From assembly GCA_048940925.1 (NCBI GenBank), contig JBHLOC010000006.1:1-64000 (forward strand): a DNA stretch of 64,000 nt, in the 5' to 3' direction. The stretch's first letter is position 1, and each line of letters starts with the position of its first letter. Source of the DNA: Promethearchaeota archaeon. GTDB lineage: Archaea > Asgardarchaeota > Lokiarchaeia > Sigyniarchaeales > SOKP01. Shown piece by piece: positions 1 through 9,147 of the stretch. Position numbers and translations under genes: made by a program. The notes under the pieces were generated by a model that did no database searches, had not been told where the DNA came from, and was given only the letters and a program-made list of their open reading frames with translations.

Positions 1-284
1 AAAAATCCACCGATCATTACCCATGGAAATCTTCTGCCCCATTTTCTTGTGAACTTAAAGGGTCTATTTGTTAAATAACCCACTAAAGGATCATTTACAG
101 CATTCCAAATGGCATAAATAATAACTGCTAACCCAATAATCAACGATTGGACGCCTATGGTTCTCACATAGAAATAATACAGCCAAGCGGTAAAAGCCAT
201 CTCTAAAAATTCAGTCAGGAATTTCCCAAACCCATAAGACACCATATTAAGGTTTGAATGTGTAAGTTCAATTTCTTCTTCCAT
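1..284 (-). CDS. MFS transporter, GPH/MelB family (N-terminal part; runs off window edge)
   Basis: Hand translation from ATG at 284: MEEEIELTHSNLNMVSYGFGKF...WNAVNDPLVGYL...KWGRRFPW; the NDP..G and GRR.PW motifs are typical of glycoside-pentoside-hexuronide symporters. Confidence 0.85.
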   Translation of the reverse strand, partial: MEEEIELTHSNLNMVSYGFGKFLTEFLEMAFTAWLYYFYVRTIGVQSLIIGLAVIIYAIWNAVNDPLVGYLTNRPFKFTRKWGRRFPWVMIGGF

Positions 285-417
285 AAATTTTCACTAAGTT
301 TTGAAAATTAAAAACATAAATAAGAATTAGATATACTTGTTTATATATCTAAATATTTATTAAAGATTATCTCTCTGTCATATAATTCAAAAAGAAGTCC
401 TAAATCCTGCTAAAGTA

Positions 418-774
418 TTAAGGATATATGTCAGGAAATTTTCTATGAGCACCCTCATAGCAAGGAACACAGCGCCATTGGTGTCTATTAGGATTCCACA
501 CTAAATTCTCCATTCGATCCCCGCAAACACTACAATTTATTGGATATCTCGATTTTAACATATCCAATCGTTCAATCTCTTTGTTTTTTTCCTTGTATTT
601 CTCAAACCTTTGCTTATAAGTTAATGTCTCGTCTTTAACAATATCCTCCCACTCTTTGGTCAATAAAGCACGACGTTTTTCATACTCCAACCGGAGTAAA
701 GTCCTCAATTCATACCTTATCTTCCGTAACAAAGGATCTTTTAGATTTTGAACGATCTTTTTATTCCTTTTCAT
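418..774 (-). CDS. hypothetical protein, charged helical N-terminus plus C-terminal CxxC...CxxC zinc ribbon
   Basis: CSVC and CVPC motifs in the ORF translation. Confidence 0.6.
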   Translation of the reverse strand: MKRNKKIVQNLKDPLLRKIRYELRTLLRLEYEKRRALLTKEWEDIVKDETLTYKQRFEKYKEKNKEIERLDMLKSRYPINCSVCGDRMENLVWNPNRHQWRCVPCYEGAHRKFPDIYP

Positions 775-852
775 TTTTTAAATTTATCTTTTCGTATAGA
801 ATAAATATATACTCACAAATTTAAATCATTAGGGAGAATAAAATTATTTAAT

Positions 853-1251
853 TTATTCTAAATCAAATGCCGCTTTAATCAAATATATATGCCAAATATA
901 GGCAAGTTCACCAGCAGAAGGTTCTCCTCCACTCCTTCCCGCAAACACTCCTTCAGTACTAAGCCTACAGAATGCTGTTGTACATGTGATTGCTTTTTCT
1001 TGTAACCTTTCTTTTGTACTTGGATATAAAGCCGTCAAAAGCTCAATATACGGATCTCTTCCTTCTTTATTAGCATCTCTGAATATTTTTACCTTATCAT
1101 TTATGCAATCCAATTTATCTTGAAGACTGCTCTCTGTAAAGATATCACTCTATGGATAAAATAACGAGCCTTTAAACTTATCTCCATTTCTAAATTCAAC
1201 CTGAAATTCAAGTTTATCTGTAAAAAGCGCTCTGAAATCATCTTCTGTGAT
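853..1251 (-). pseudogene. probable disrupted hypothetical gene (ATC start, in-frame TAG at 1152-1150)
   Basis: The frame of ORF 853..1113 continues upstream through a single TAG to an ATC at 1251, with an AAGGTGA RBS upstream. Confidence 0.45.
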
Positions 1252-1343
1252 TTAATTATCACCTTGAATCAAAATTTCATCCTTTTTAAATTAGTTAAAA
1301 ATTAGATGTCTCAATTTTTATATCTAATGGTTTTTTCACAAAA

Positions 1344-1490
1344 TTATTTGTGAATCTCTTTTTTAACAAAGGATCTTTTTGAAGAGCGACATTTTGGACA
1401 CCTCCAAGAATTCTGTAGTTTTTCAAACTTTACTTCTTGCTCTTCATCGATATATAGGTAATTACATTTTTTACATCTATGTATAATCAT
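1344..1490 (-). CDS. rubredoxin (48 aa, not in ORF track)
   Basis: MIIHRCKKCNYLYIDEEQEVKFEKLQNSWRCPKCRSSKRSFVKKEIHK: CxxC-x-Y-x-Y...F..L...W.CPxC...K..F pattern; lies directly downstream of the rubredoxin reductase. Confidence 0.85.
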   Translation of the reverse strand: MIIHRCKKCNYLYIDEEQEVKFEKLQNSWRCPKCRSSKRSFVKKEIHK

Positions 1491-1536
1491 TTAATCATCT
1501 CATTTTTATGTTAAAAAGTTTAATAGACGTGAATTT

Positions 1537-2880
1537 TCATTCTATTTTTTTATATTTACTTTTCAAGGCACCACATTTACATTTCCAGTCATCAGGTAAA
1601 TCCTTAAACAATTTTTCCTCTAAAGTTTCATCATATTCAGTTCCACAATTTTCACATTTGTATATATATAATTTTAATAATTTTTTAAGTTCTTCCTTAG
1701 AAACATTTTGTTCCATTTTATTGTAGACATAAGAGAGTGCATTTGATTCTCCAAATAATATTGCTCCTTTAAGGTTATTATCTTTTAACACTATTTTTTG
1801 ATAACAACAATCTTTTTTATCAGCTTTTCTAAGAATTTCCCACCCTCCTCCTGCTTCTTTAGATGGATCTATTATTCCAATCGATGTTAAATCTAAACCC
1901 ATTATCTTAAGAGTATTTTTGGGTGTTGTTCCGCCATATTTAACTTTTTTTTTCCCCAATGTAGAAGAGGCTACGATTTTTGATTGTTCCATGCATGCTG
2001 GAATAATACCCCATATTTTATTATTATATTCTATACAATCTCCAACAGCATATATATCATTTTTGCTTGTTTCTAAGAATTCATTTACCACAATCCCTTT
2101 ATTAGTTTTAATATCTGCCTCTTTAGCCAAATCTATTGTGGGGTTAATTCCTGCTTGGATTAAAATAACGTCTGCATTGAATTGTTTGTCCCCTTTTAAT
2201 TTAATTCCAGTTACTCTCCCATTTCCAAGAATTTCCTCTGTTACAGCATTTAAAATTACATTAATTCCACGCCCTTCAATTTCTTCTTTTAACATAATAC
2301 CACATTCTTCATCTAATTGTCTTGGTAAAAGTTGAGGGAAGAATTCGACCACTGTGGTTTCTAAATTGCAATTGTTAATTTGATTAGCGAGTTCTAAACC
2401 AAGTAATCCTCCTCCTATAACAATAGCTTTCTTTACATCAGGTTTATCTATATAATTTTTAATTTCTAAAGCATTATCTATATTTCTAAGAGTAAATACA
2501 CCTTTTTTATCATTTCTCATTTCTACAGCGTTTTTAATAGGAGGAATATTTGGAGTGCTTCCTAAAGCAAGAACTAACTTGTCATATGAAATAAGTTTAC
2601 TTTCTCCTTCAATATAAATAATTTTATTTTGCGGATGAATTTTATTTACTTTCTTACTTAAGTGTAATTTTATATTCTTAGACTCATACCATTCATCCTT
2701 GAAGACAATCAAATCATCAATAGAGACCCTTCCAGAAATCAATTCAGGTAATTTGATTCTTGAATAATATGGGTATTTTTCTTGAGAATAAATTTCAATT
2801 TCTACATCTTTATTAAGATTTCTAATATTTTGAGCAGAAAATGTTCCAGCCACATTGTTACCGATTATTACTATTTTCAT
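1537..2880 (-). CDS. NAD(P)H:rubredoxin oxidoreductase-like FAD-dependent oxidoreductase with fused C-terminal rubredoxin domain
   Basis: N-terminal FAD Rossmann fold, IGGGLLGLE NAD motif, TS..DIYAVGD; C-terminal YKCENCG...FKDLPDDWKCKCGALK. Confidence 0.85.
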   Translation of the reverse strand: MKIVIIGNNVAGTFSAQNIRNLNKDVEIEIYSQEKYPYYSRIKLPELISGRVSIDDLIVFKDEWYESKNIKLHLSKKVNKIHPQNKIIYIEGESKLISYDKLVLALGSTPNIPPIKNAVEMRNDKKGVFTLRNIDNALEIKNYIDKPDVKKAIVIGGGLLGLELANQINNCNLETTVVEFFPQLLPRQLDEECGIMLKEEIEGRGINVILNAVTEEILGNGRVTGIKLKGDKQFNADVILIQAGINPTIDLAKEADIKTNKGIVVNEFLETSKNDIYAVGDCIEYNNKIWGIIPACMEQSKIVASSTLGKKKVKYGGTTPKNTLKIMGLDLTSIGIIDPSKEAGGGWEILRKADKKDCCYQKIVLKDNNLKGAILFGESNALSYVYNKMEQNVSKEELKKLLKLYIYKCENCGTEYDETLEEKLFKDLPDDWKCKCGALKSKYKKIE

Positions 2881-2957
2881 ATGGTAAAAGTTTTTTCATT
2901 TTATTTTAAAGTTTTTATTATGAATTCTAAAATTTAACAATTTAAGCTAAAGAGAAC

Positions 2958-3788
2958 ATGTTCGAAATCAAAAATATATACTTATCTCCATTTGATTCAA
3001 CTATGACTGAAGTAGAATTACGTAATAAAGTTAACAGAAAAATAATAAAGATTGATGAAGATCTTTGCACGGGATGTGGAAACTGTGTTGTAGCTTGTGC
3101 TGAAGGTGCTTTACAAGTTATTGATGGAAAAGCAAGAGTAGTAAATGACATTTTTTGTGATGGACTTGGTGCTTGTATAGGTGAATGTCCTGAAGGAGCA
3201 CTTGAAATAATAGAAAGAGAGGCATTAGAATTTGATGAAGAAGCTGTAGAGGTACATTTAGAATCATTAAAAAATAATGAAAAAACTATTAGACCTCAAG
3301 AAAAAAATATCCTTACTGAAAATATTATGCCATGCGGTTGTCCATCTGCTAATACGATGGTTTTTGATGATTATCAAGAAAAAATTGATGTTCCTGGTAA
3401 AATTTCTTCAACCTTACGACAATGGCCAGTCCAAATGCATTTAATATCCCCAACAGCACCATATTATCAAGGAGCGGATCTATTGCTCTCTGCGGATTGT
3501 GTCGCATACTCTTACGGTGATTTTCATAGAGATTTTTTAAAACACAAATTTATCGCTATTGCTTGTCCTAAACTTGATCAAGGTCGAGATATTTACATTG
3601 AAAAAATTAGATCTTTGATTGATGATGCTAAGATTAATACTTTGACTGTTGTGACTATGGAAGTTCCCTGCTGTTCAGGTTTATTAGCATTAACACAAGA
3701 AGCAACAAAAAGAACGAATCGTAAAGTTCCGATAAAAAATATTGTCGTAAGTTTGCAAGGCGACATTTTAAAAGAAGAATGGATATAA
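2958..3788 (+). CDS. 2x[4Fe-4S] ferredoxin-domain protein with Cys-rich C-terminal domain
   Basis: CTGCGNCVVAC and CDGLGACIGECP; GCP, QWPVQ, ADC, ACPKLD, MEVPCC motifs; true start probably at MTEVEL. Confidence 0.8.
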   Translation: MFEIKNIYLSPFDSTMTEVELRNKVNRKIIKIDEDLCTGCGNCVVACAEGALQVIDGKARVVNDIFCDGLGACIGECPEGALEIIEREALEFDEEAVEVHLESLKNNEKTIRPQEKNILTENIMPCGCPSANTMVFDDYQEKIDVPGKISSTLRQWPVQMHLISPTAPYYQGADLLLSADCVAYSYGDFHRDFLKHKFIAIACPKLDQGRDIYIEKIRSLIDDAKINTLTVVTMEVPCCSGLLALTQEATKRTNRKVPIKNIVVSLQGDILKEEWI

Positions 3789-3892
3789 ATTTTAAAATTC
3801 TATTTTTTATATTTTTATTATATCAAAACATAATAGTCATAAATTATCTGATTAGATAGATTCCTAAAATAAAGGTTTTAAGTTATTTGGAT

Positions 3893-3988
3893 ATGGCCCA
3901 ACTGATAACAACTCTCGATACAGATGATCTAAAAGAAGGTGTATCTACCTTTTTTTAAAAACGACAAGTAAAATATAAAGGAAATTAA
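3893..3988 (+). pseudogene. remnant resembling the C-terminus of an enoyl-CoA hydratase/crotonase
   Basis: MAQLITTLDTDDLKEGVSTFF*KRQVKYKGN* resembles the crotonase terminal motif TxDxxEGxxAFxEKRxPxFxG, with an internal TAA. Confidence 0.5.
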
Positions 3989-4020
3989 TACAGAGTATCT
4001 TTACTTCGAAATTGAATAAT

Positions 4021-4674
4021 TTATGATTTTAAAACTATCTTTTTTTTTATTATTTTTCTTAACATTACTGATAATGCTGATTTTGATTTCCCTAATTTAT
4101 TTGCTAACTCTTCAAGTGAAATAATTCTAGGGACTTCAAAAAACCCAAGATTTATTGCTTTATCTAAAACATTTAATTCTTCTAGACTTAATTTGGATTT
4201 TTCTTCATCTATATCATAAGGGGAATTACCAATTCTAAGTAATTTGAAGTTAATATTGTTATTTTCAAAAAGAGTTAATAGTCTATCTATTCTCTCTCTT
4301 GAAGACACCAATCGCCAATATGCATATCCTTCTCTCACACTGACAGGGAAATTTACTAGAACACCACACTTTATAACTCCATACAATAAGTAGGGATCCT
4401 TGGTTTTCACATTAAAGGTAACCTTATTCTCTTTTCTATCTATTACACTCAATTCAAAGACAGAGGGATGATTTTTAATTACTTGTAATACAGAGTTTAA
4501 ATCGTAGTGAAGAATTTCTATAACTGCATTTCCAATTGATTTTTCAAGGTCATAAGGTAAAAAGTTAATAATCTCCATTCTAATATCATTGAATCTTTTA
4601 AAAATCTCTGAAATCCATAGTTGATCCGGAAATTTAATTTTTATACGTGCTAAACTTGATTTATTTGATACCAT
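4021..4674 (-). CDS. bacterio-opsin-activator (HTH_10)-type transcriptional regulator
   Basis: C-terminal L..A...GFFEVPR.ISLEELA..LG.SKS.LS..LR. Confidence 0.8.
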   Translation of the reverse strand: MVSNKSSLARIKIKFPDQLWISEIFKRFNDIRMEIINFLPYDLEKSIGNAVIEILHYDLNSVLQVIKNHPSVFELSVIDRKENKVTFNVKTKDPYLLYGVIKCGVLVNFPVSVREGYAYWRLVSSRERIDRLLTLFENNNINFKLLRIGNSPYDIDEEKSKLSLEELNVLDKAINLGFFEVPRIISLEELANKLGKSKSALSVMLRKIIKKKIVLKS

Positions 4675-4760
4675 GTTTAAATATTAGAAAATCATAATTT
4701 GTTACCTTATTTTGTACGATAATGATTAATTATTAATAAAAACAAGTTAAATACATTATT

Positions 4761-5360
4761 ATGGTAGAAAAGATGAATTTATTACTTGGAATAAGTGGAA
4801 GTCCAAGAAATCAGGGAACTGAATATGCTGTTCAATATGCCTTAAAATATGCTTCTGAAAAATTTGGATTTGATACAGACTTTTGGACTGTTAGAAATAA
4901 AAAAATAAATTTCTGTATTCATTGTGATTACTGTATTCGAGAAAAAAAGGGCTGTATCAATAAAGATGACATGCAAATTCTTTATGATAAATTAGAACAA
5001 GCTAAATTTCTCCTTTTAGGCACTCCTGTGTTCCAAGGTAATTTATCAGGTCAATTAAAGACAGTTATGGATCGCTGCCGTGCTATGGTGGCAAAAAACC
5101 CTAATGTATTTAAAAATAAAATTGGTGGAGCATTAGCGATAGGTGGTGATAGAAATGGCGGACAGGAAATCGCTATAAGAAGTATTTTAGATTTCTTTCA
5201 ACAAAATCATATTTTAGTCGTATCTGGTGGTGCTTTTGGAGCAAATTTAGGGGCAAGTTTATGGAGTAAAGATTTAGGGTTGAAAGGTATTGAATCTGAT
5301 AATGAGGGCTTAAAATCAATTAGAAAAGTTATCAAAAGAATGGCAGAATTTAAGGACTAA
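4761..5360 (+). CDS. iron-sulfur flavoprotein (Isf)/flavodoxin family
   Basis: ISGSPR, CIHCDYC-x6-C, GTPVF, GG.RNGGQE. Confidence 0.85.
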   Translation: MVEKMNLLLGISGSPRNQGTEYAVQYALKYASEKFGFDTDFWTVRNKKINFCIHCDYCIREKKGCINKDDMQILYDKLEQAKFLLLGTPVFQGNLSGQLKTVMDRCRAMVAKNPNVFKNKIGGALAIGGDRNGGQEIAIRSILDFFQQNHILVVSGGAFGANLGASLWSKDLGLKGIESDNEGLKSIRKVIKRMAEFKD

Positions 5361-5467
5361 TATTTCACAAAATTGAATTTTTTAAAAAAAAAATTAGTAA
5401 AATTAAAGAACTTCTTATTATTTCTTAGGAAAAATTAAAACTTTATTGAAAAATTAAAGAATATCAA

Positions 5468-6046
5468 ATGAATGATCCAAAAATTGCTTTTAAAAAAGCT
5501 ATAATCATATCGATTCTATTACTATCTATAGGAATCGCTCAGTTAGTGTTTGTTATTTCAGTACGATCAAAATTGATTTGGAGACAAAAAGGTGGACCAG
5601 TATCAGGGAATGTTATTATAAATGTACCCCCCAATTATTTATTACCAAATAGATATGTAATCTTAGTAATAGGATATTTTCCATCTATTTTTTATGAAGA
5701 TGTTGTTGGTAATGTTACTTTCACACATCAAAATTCAGGAAAAAACTACACCTATGATTATAGAATTGTTGGATATATGATGTATAAAAAAATGATATTT
5801 GAAGCAAAGTCTTGGGTTATGAAACCTGGTAAATATAATATTTCATGGGATAATAATGATAAGCGATATGAGTATTATTTCACGACACATGGATTATTTA
5901 ATTTTTTTCCAAAAGATGATAAGTATCCTAGTAATATGGAAACAATAGTATTAGTTATTTCTTCTTTCGCATTAATAGCATTGATAATTGCTTCAATAAA
6001 AAAATACATGAGAGCAAAACGTGACTATTCATATTACAAAGCTTAA
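5468..6046 (+). CDS. hypothetical membrane protein (two terminal TM helices)
   Basis: Hydrophobic N- and C-terminal segments flanking a beta-rich domain. Confidence 0.6.
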   Translation: MNDPKIAFKKAIIISILLLSIGIAQLVFVISVRSKLIWRQKGGPVSGNVIINVPPNYLLPNRYVILVIGYFPSIFYEDVVGNVTFTHQNSGKNYTYDYRIVGYMMYKKMIFEAKSWVMKPGKYNISWDNNDKRYEYYFTTHGLFNFFPKDDKYPSNMETIVLVISSFALIALIIASIKKYMRAKRDYSYYKA

Positions 6047-6112
6047 GAATTATTAAATTATAAATAAATATTTGATGTAAAAAAAAATATCAATTTTATT
6101 TTTAAAGGAGAA

Positions 6113-6409
6113 TTATTTTTTAACATCAAATAATTTCTTCGCTTCCTTGATTCTTAATCCGCTTACACCCCAGAGTTCTTTAAACCAATACTTACCTTTA
6201 TATAAAACTGCGGGAGTATTAACGATACAACCATCTGCGTCACAAAATGTTTTTAGAAAATTTATATCTTCTAATAATTCATGAACAAATTCCTCGTCAT
6301 TAATATCTCTTTCTACATAATGGATTTCGTTCTCCTTTAGCCATTTTTTTAATTCTTGACATCGATGACAACCCTCTTTAGTAATTACTATTGGAGTTTT
6401 TGATTCCAT
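6113..6409 (-). CDS. glutaredoxin-like protein
   Basis: TKEGCHRC active site, K.WL....I.Y.E.DI, NTP cis-Pro loop; extra FCDADGC. Confidence 0.75.
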   Translation of the reverse strand: MESKTPIVITKEGCHRCQELKKWLKENEIHYVERDINDEEFVHELLEDINFLKTFCDADGCIVNTPAVLYKGKYWFKELWGVSGLRIKEAKKLFDVKK

Positions 6410-6638
6410 AGTAAAATGATATACTTAAATTGTAAAAAAACTTTATCTTCTAATTTATAAGTTTTAATGAGTTGTAAAGGGAAATCAATAAAAATTTGGA
6501 TGATAAAATTATATTTTTTGTAAACTATAAAAATAAAAAAAAGAAACTTTTTCCCTTTTCATTTAATCTAATTTTTGGCAATTTTTAATAAATTATTATG
6601 ATCAGATTCTTATTTCTTATGCTTATTCTTTTCTTAAG

Positions 6639-7088
6639 ATGGATCACAAAACACGAAATGAGGCATTTAATAGAAATGTAAAAGCCTTATTTGATAGCTC
6701 GAATTGGAAGGACAGGGCAATCGCTGCACAAAAACTCGGACAATTAAAAGAAGCTAGAGCAACAAATATTTTGACTAGAGCATTAAAGTCTGAAGGAGAT
6801 GCAGCGGTTATAAATAGAATTATTGAAGCTATGGGTGAGATTAGAGATCCTAAAGCTACAATGCTTATTATTGATTTCTTAAAAGAGGAGTTAAAAAAAC
6901 CTGAAGAAGATCAAGATAAGACGAGATTATTCATAATCATTGAGAGTCTTATGAAAATTGGAGATAAGAGAGCTCTTGAACATTTAGGTATATTATTAGA
7001 GTCTTGCCACAATGACATTAGAAAACTCACTGAGGAAGCATTTGAGTGTATCGATCCAAATTGGAAAATGAATGTTAAGACTTCATGA
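6639..7088 (+). CDS. HEAT/PBS-lyase repeat protein
   Basis: Repeated R..AA..LG / I.EAMG.I.D..A / I.ESL..IGD.RA units. Confidence 0.8.
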   Translation: MDHKTRNEAFNRNVKALFDSSNWKDRAIAAQKLGQLKEARATNILTRALKSEGDAAVINRIIEAMGEIRDPKATMLIIDFLKEELKKPEEDQDKTRLFIIIESLMKIGDKRALEHLGILLESCHNDIRKLTEEAFECIDPNWKMNVKTS

Positions 7089-7126
7089 ATCAAAAAATTA
7101 TTTAAAAATAGGGAGTAAATTATATT

Positions 7127-7438
7127 ATGTCTGAAGTTATTGATAAATTAGCAAAAATTGTTGAAGGTTCCAATAAAAACAGAGATGTTACGATCTTGAC
7201 CTTGTCAACATGTATGTGGTGCAAAAAATGTAAGACTTGGTTAAATGATCGAGAAGTACAATATAAATATGTAGATGTAGATAAAATAGAGGGTGAAGAT
7301 AAATCAAAAATTCTTGCTTATTTGAGGGAAAAGTATCAATCGAGAATCTCTTATCCATTTATGATCTGTGGTGATGATTTTGTAGTTGGTTACAATCCTG
7401 GCAAATACGAGGAATTAATGAAATCTGGAGGTAATTAA
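7127..7438 (+). CDS. glutaredoxin (NrdH-like)
   Basis: TLSTCMWCKK, SYP, VVGYNP. Confidence 0.85.
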   Translation: MSEVIDKLAKIVEGSNKNRDVTILTLSTCMWCKKCKTWLNDREVQYKYVDVDKIEGEDKSKILAYLREKYQSRISYPFMICGDDFVVGYNPGKYEELMKSGGN

Positions 7439-7439
7439 A

Positions 7440-7805
7440 ATGGATATGGAAACTAAGGAAGGTATGATCAAATATGTTGAACAGGTAAGCAAGACAAATA
7501 ATTGGCTTTTAAATATGGACAGTAATACGTTTAACGATTTAATTGATGGATTAGTTGATAATAAGAGAAACTTGGGATATCAATCATGTCCATGCCGTTT
7601 GGCTTCAGGAATTCGAGAATTAGACAGAGATTTAATTTGTCCATGTGAATATGCCCATCCTGATGTAAAAGAATATGGTGCTTGTTATTGTAATTTATAT
7701 ATGCGTGAAGATTTTTATGAAACAATTAAGAAAGATTATGTTATTGTTCCAGAGCGTAGACCTATAGAAAAGGAAAAAGCTGTTTTAGAGTATTTTGATA
7801 AATAA
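7440..7805 (+). CDS. ferredoxin:thioredoxin reductase catalytic subunit-like protein
   Basis: CPCR, ICPC and GACYC motifs, PERR tail; adjacent to glutaredoxin. Confidence 0.9.
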   Translation: MDMETKEGMIKYVEQVSKTNNWLLNMDSNTFNDLIDGLVDNKRNLGYQSCPCRLASGIRELDRDLICPCEYAHPDVKEYGACYCNLYMREDFYETIKKDYVIVPERRPIEKEKAVLEYFDK

Positions 7806-7885
7806 TTTTATTTCTCTTTTTTCTATATCCTAGTTTTTTATCTATAAATAAAATCCTTAAATATTAGAGACTCTCATTTTTAAAT

Positions 7886-8041
7886 ATGCCAGACAAAGAA
7901 ATGACTGATGATGAATTAGAAGAGGAATTGGATAAAGCATTTAAGGAAAGTGAAAGGTTGAAAGATCACTGCGGAACTCCCTTACCAAGTAATAAGGAAG
8001 TAGGGATTCAAAGAACGAATATCAAACTTAAAAAAGACTAA
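7886..8041 (+). CDS. small hypothetical protein (51 aa, not in ORF track)
   Basis: MPDKEMTDDELEEELDKAFKESERLKDHCGTPLPSNKEVGIQRTNIKLKKD; ATG start, protein-like composition, followed by a T-rich tract. Confidence 0.55.
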   Translation: MPDKEMTDDELEEELDKAFKESERLKDHCGTPLPSNKEVGIQRTNIKLKKD

Positions 8042-8130
8042 ATTATCTCTTTTTTTCTTTTTCAGTAAATCTAAAAAGTTAAAATATATAAGCCCTAAAG
8101 AATGCTTTTAATAAATAAATTCAACTCTTT

Positions 8131-9132
8131 TTGATTGAGTTCATTATGAAAGAAAGAATCAAAGGAAGAAAAAATTTTCCCACTGATGAAGTTGATCCAG
8201 ATAATTTCCTCACTGATGAAGAAGTTAAGGAATTAATTATTAATAAAGATAAAATTAGATTTACTCAAGAATTTTATAAAAAACTCTACAATTGTGTTCA
8301 TTGTGGAGAATGTGAAACTGAACCTGAAAGATTTCTTCTAAAGCAAAAATTTATTGAAGATGGTAACACTTTTAGTGAAAAAGATGAAATGATCGAATAT
8401 TTTGAAAAATATCGGACACCTTATCCAACTAATAAAATGCGAATCAAGATACCAAAAGATATTCCAGATGAATCAGAAACACTTTTTTTTATGGGATGTC
8501 TTTCTACGATCCGCATTCCGAAATATACTGAACACGCATTACAATACCTTTTAGATCAAAACATTGATTTCACAATTTTAGAGACTGAAATCTGTTGTGG
8601 ATGGCATTTACAAGCAAGTGGTTTGAAATCTGAATTTGAAATATGCATTAAAGAAAATGTAGAGATTTTCAACAATTTTAAGAAAATAATTTGCTTATGT
8701 CCGGCATGTTATTATCTTTTTAATAAGTATTTAAAAGCGGAATTACATAAAGATTTAGAAATTAAGTATATCTCTGAATACATTAAACCCTCTACATCAT
8801 TAAAAACTGGAAAAGTTGGAGTTCAACATCTTTGTCAATTAATGAATAGAGGGAGGGAGGGAGTTGATAAATTGATAGATAATATTCTCGAAAAAAGCGG
8901 ATATGAAGTAATTGATATACCTCATTGGTGCTGCGGGGGAGGAACTGGATGGATGGGACGAACTGATATAATTGAAGCCATTGCTCGTAAAAGGATGGCT
9001 GATTTTAATAGAGAAGATATTGACTATGCTACAACATATTGTCCTTCTTGTTGGTGGATTCTACGCAGGTTTAGTAAATTATGTAAAATTCACCCCAAAG
9101 CAAAAGATTTATTTGAACTTTTATTAGAGTAG
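8131..9132 (+). CDS. Fe-S oxidoreductase, HdrD/GlpC-like with CCG domains
   Basis: CVHCGEC, FMGC, EICCG, CPAC, WCCGGG, YCPSC. Confidence 0.8.
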   Translation: MIEFIMKERIKGRKNFPTDEVDPDNFLTDEEVKELIINKDKIRFTQEFYKKLYNCVHCGECETEPERFLLKQKFIEDGNTFSEKDEMIEYFEKYRTPYPTNKMRIKIPKDIPDESETLFFMGCLSTIRIPKYTEHALQYLLDQNIDFTILETEICCGWHLQASGLKSEFEICIKENVEIFNNFKKIICLCPACYYLFNKYLKAELHKDLEIKYISEYIKPSTSLKTGKVGVQHLCQLMNRGREGVDKLIDNILEKSGYEVIDIPHWCCGGGTGWMGRTDIIEAIARKRMADFNREDIDYATTYCPSCWWILRRFSKLCKIHPKAKDLFELLLE

Positions 9133-9147
9133 AACTCAATACAATTA

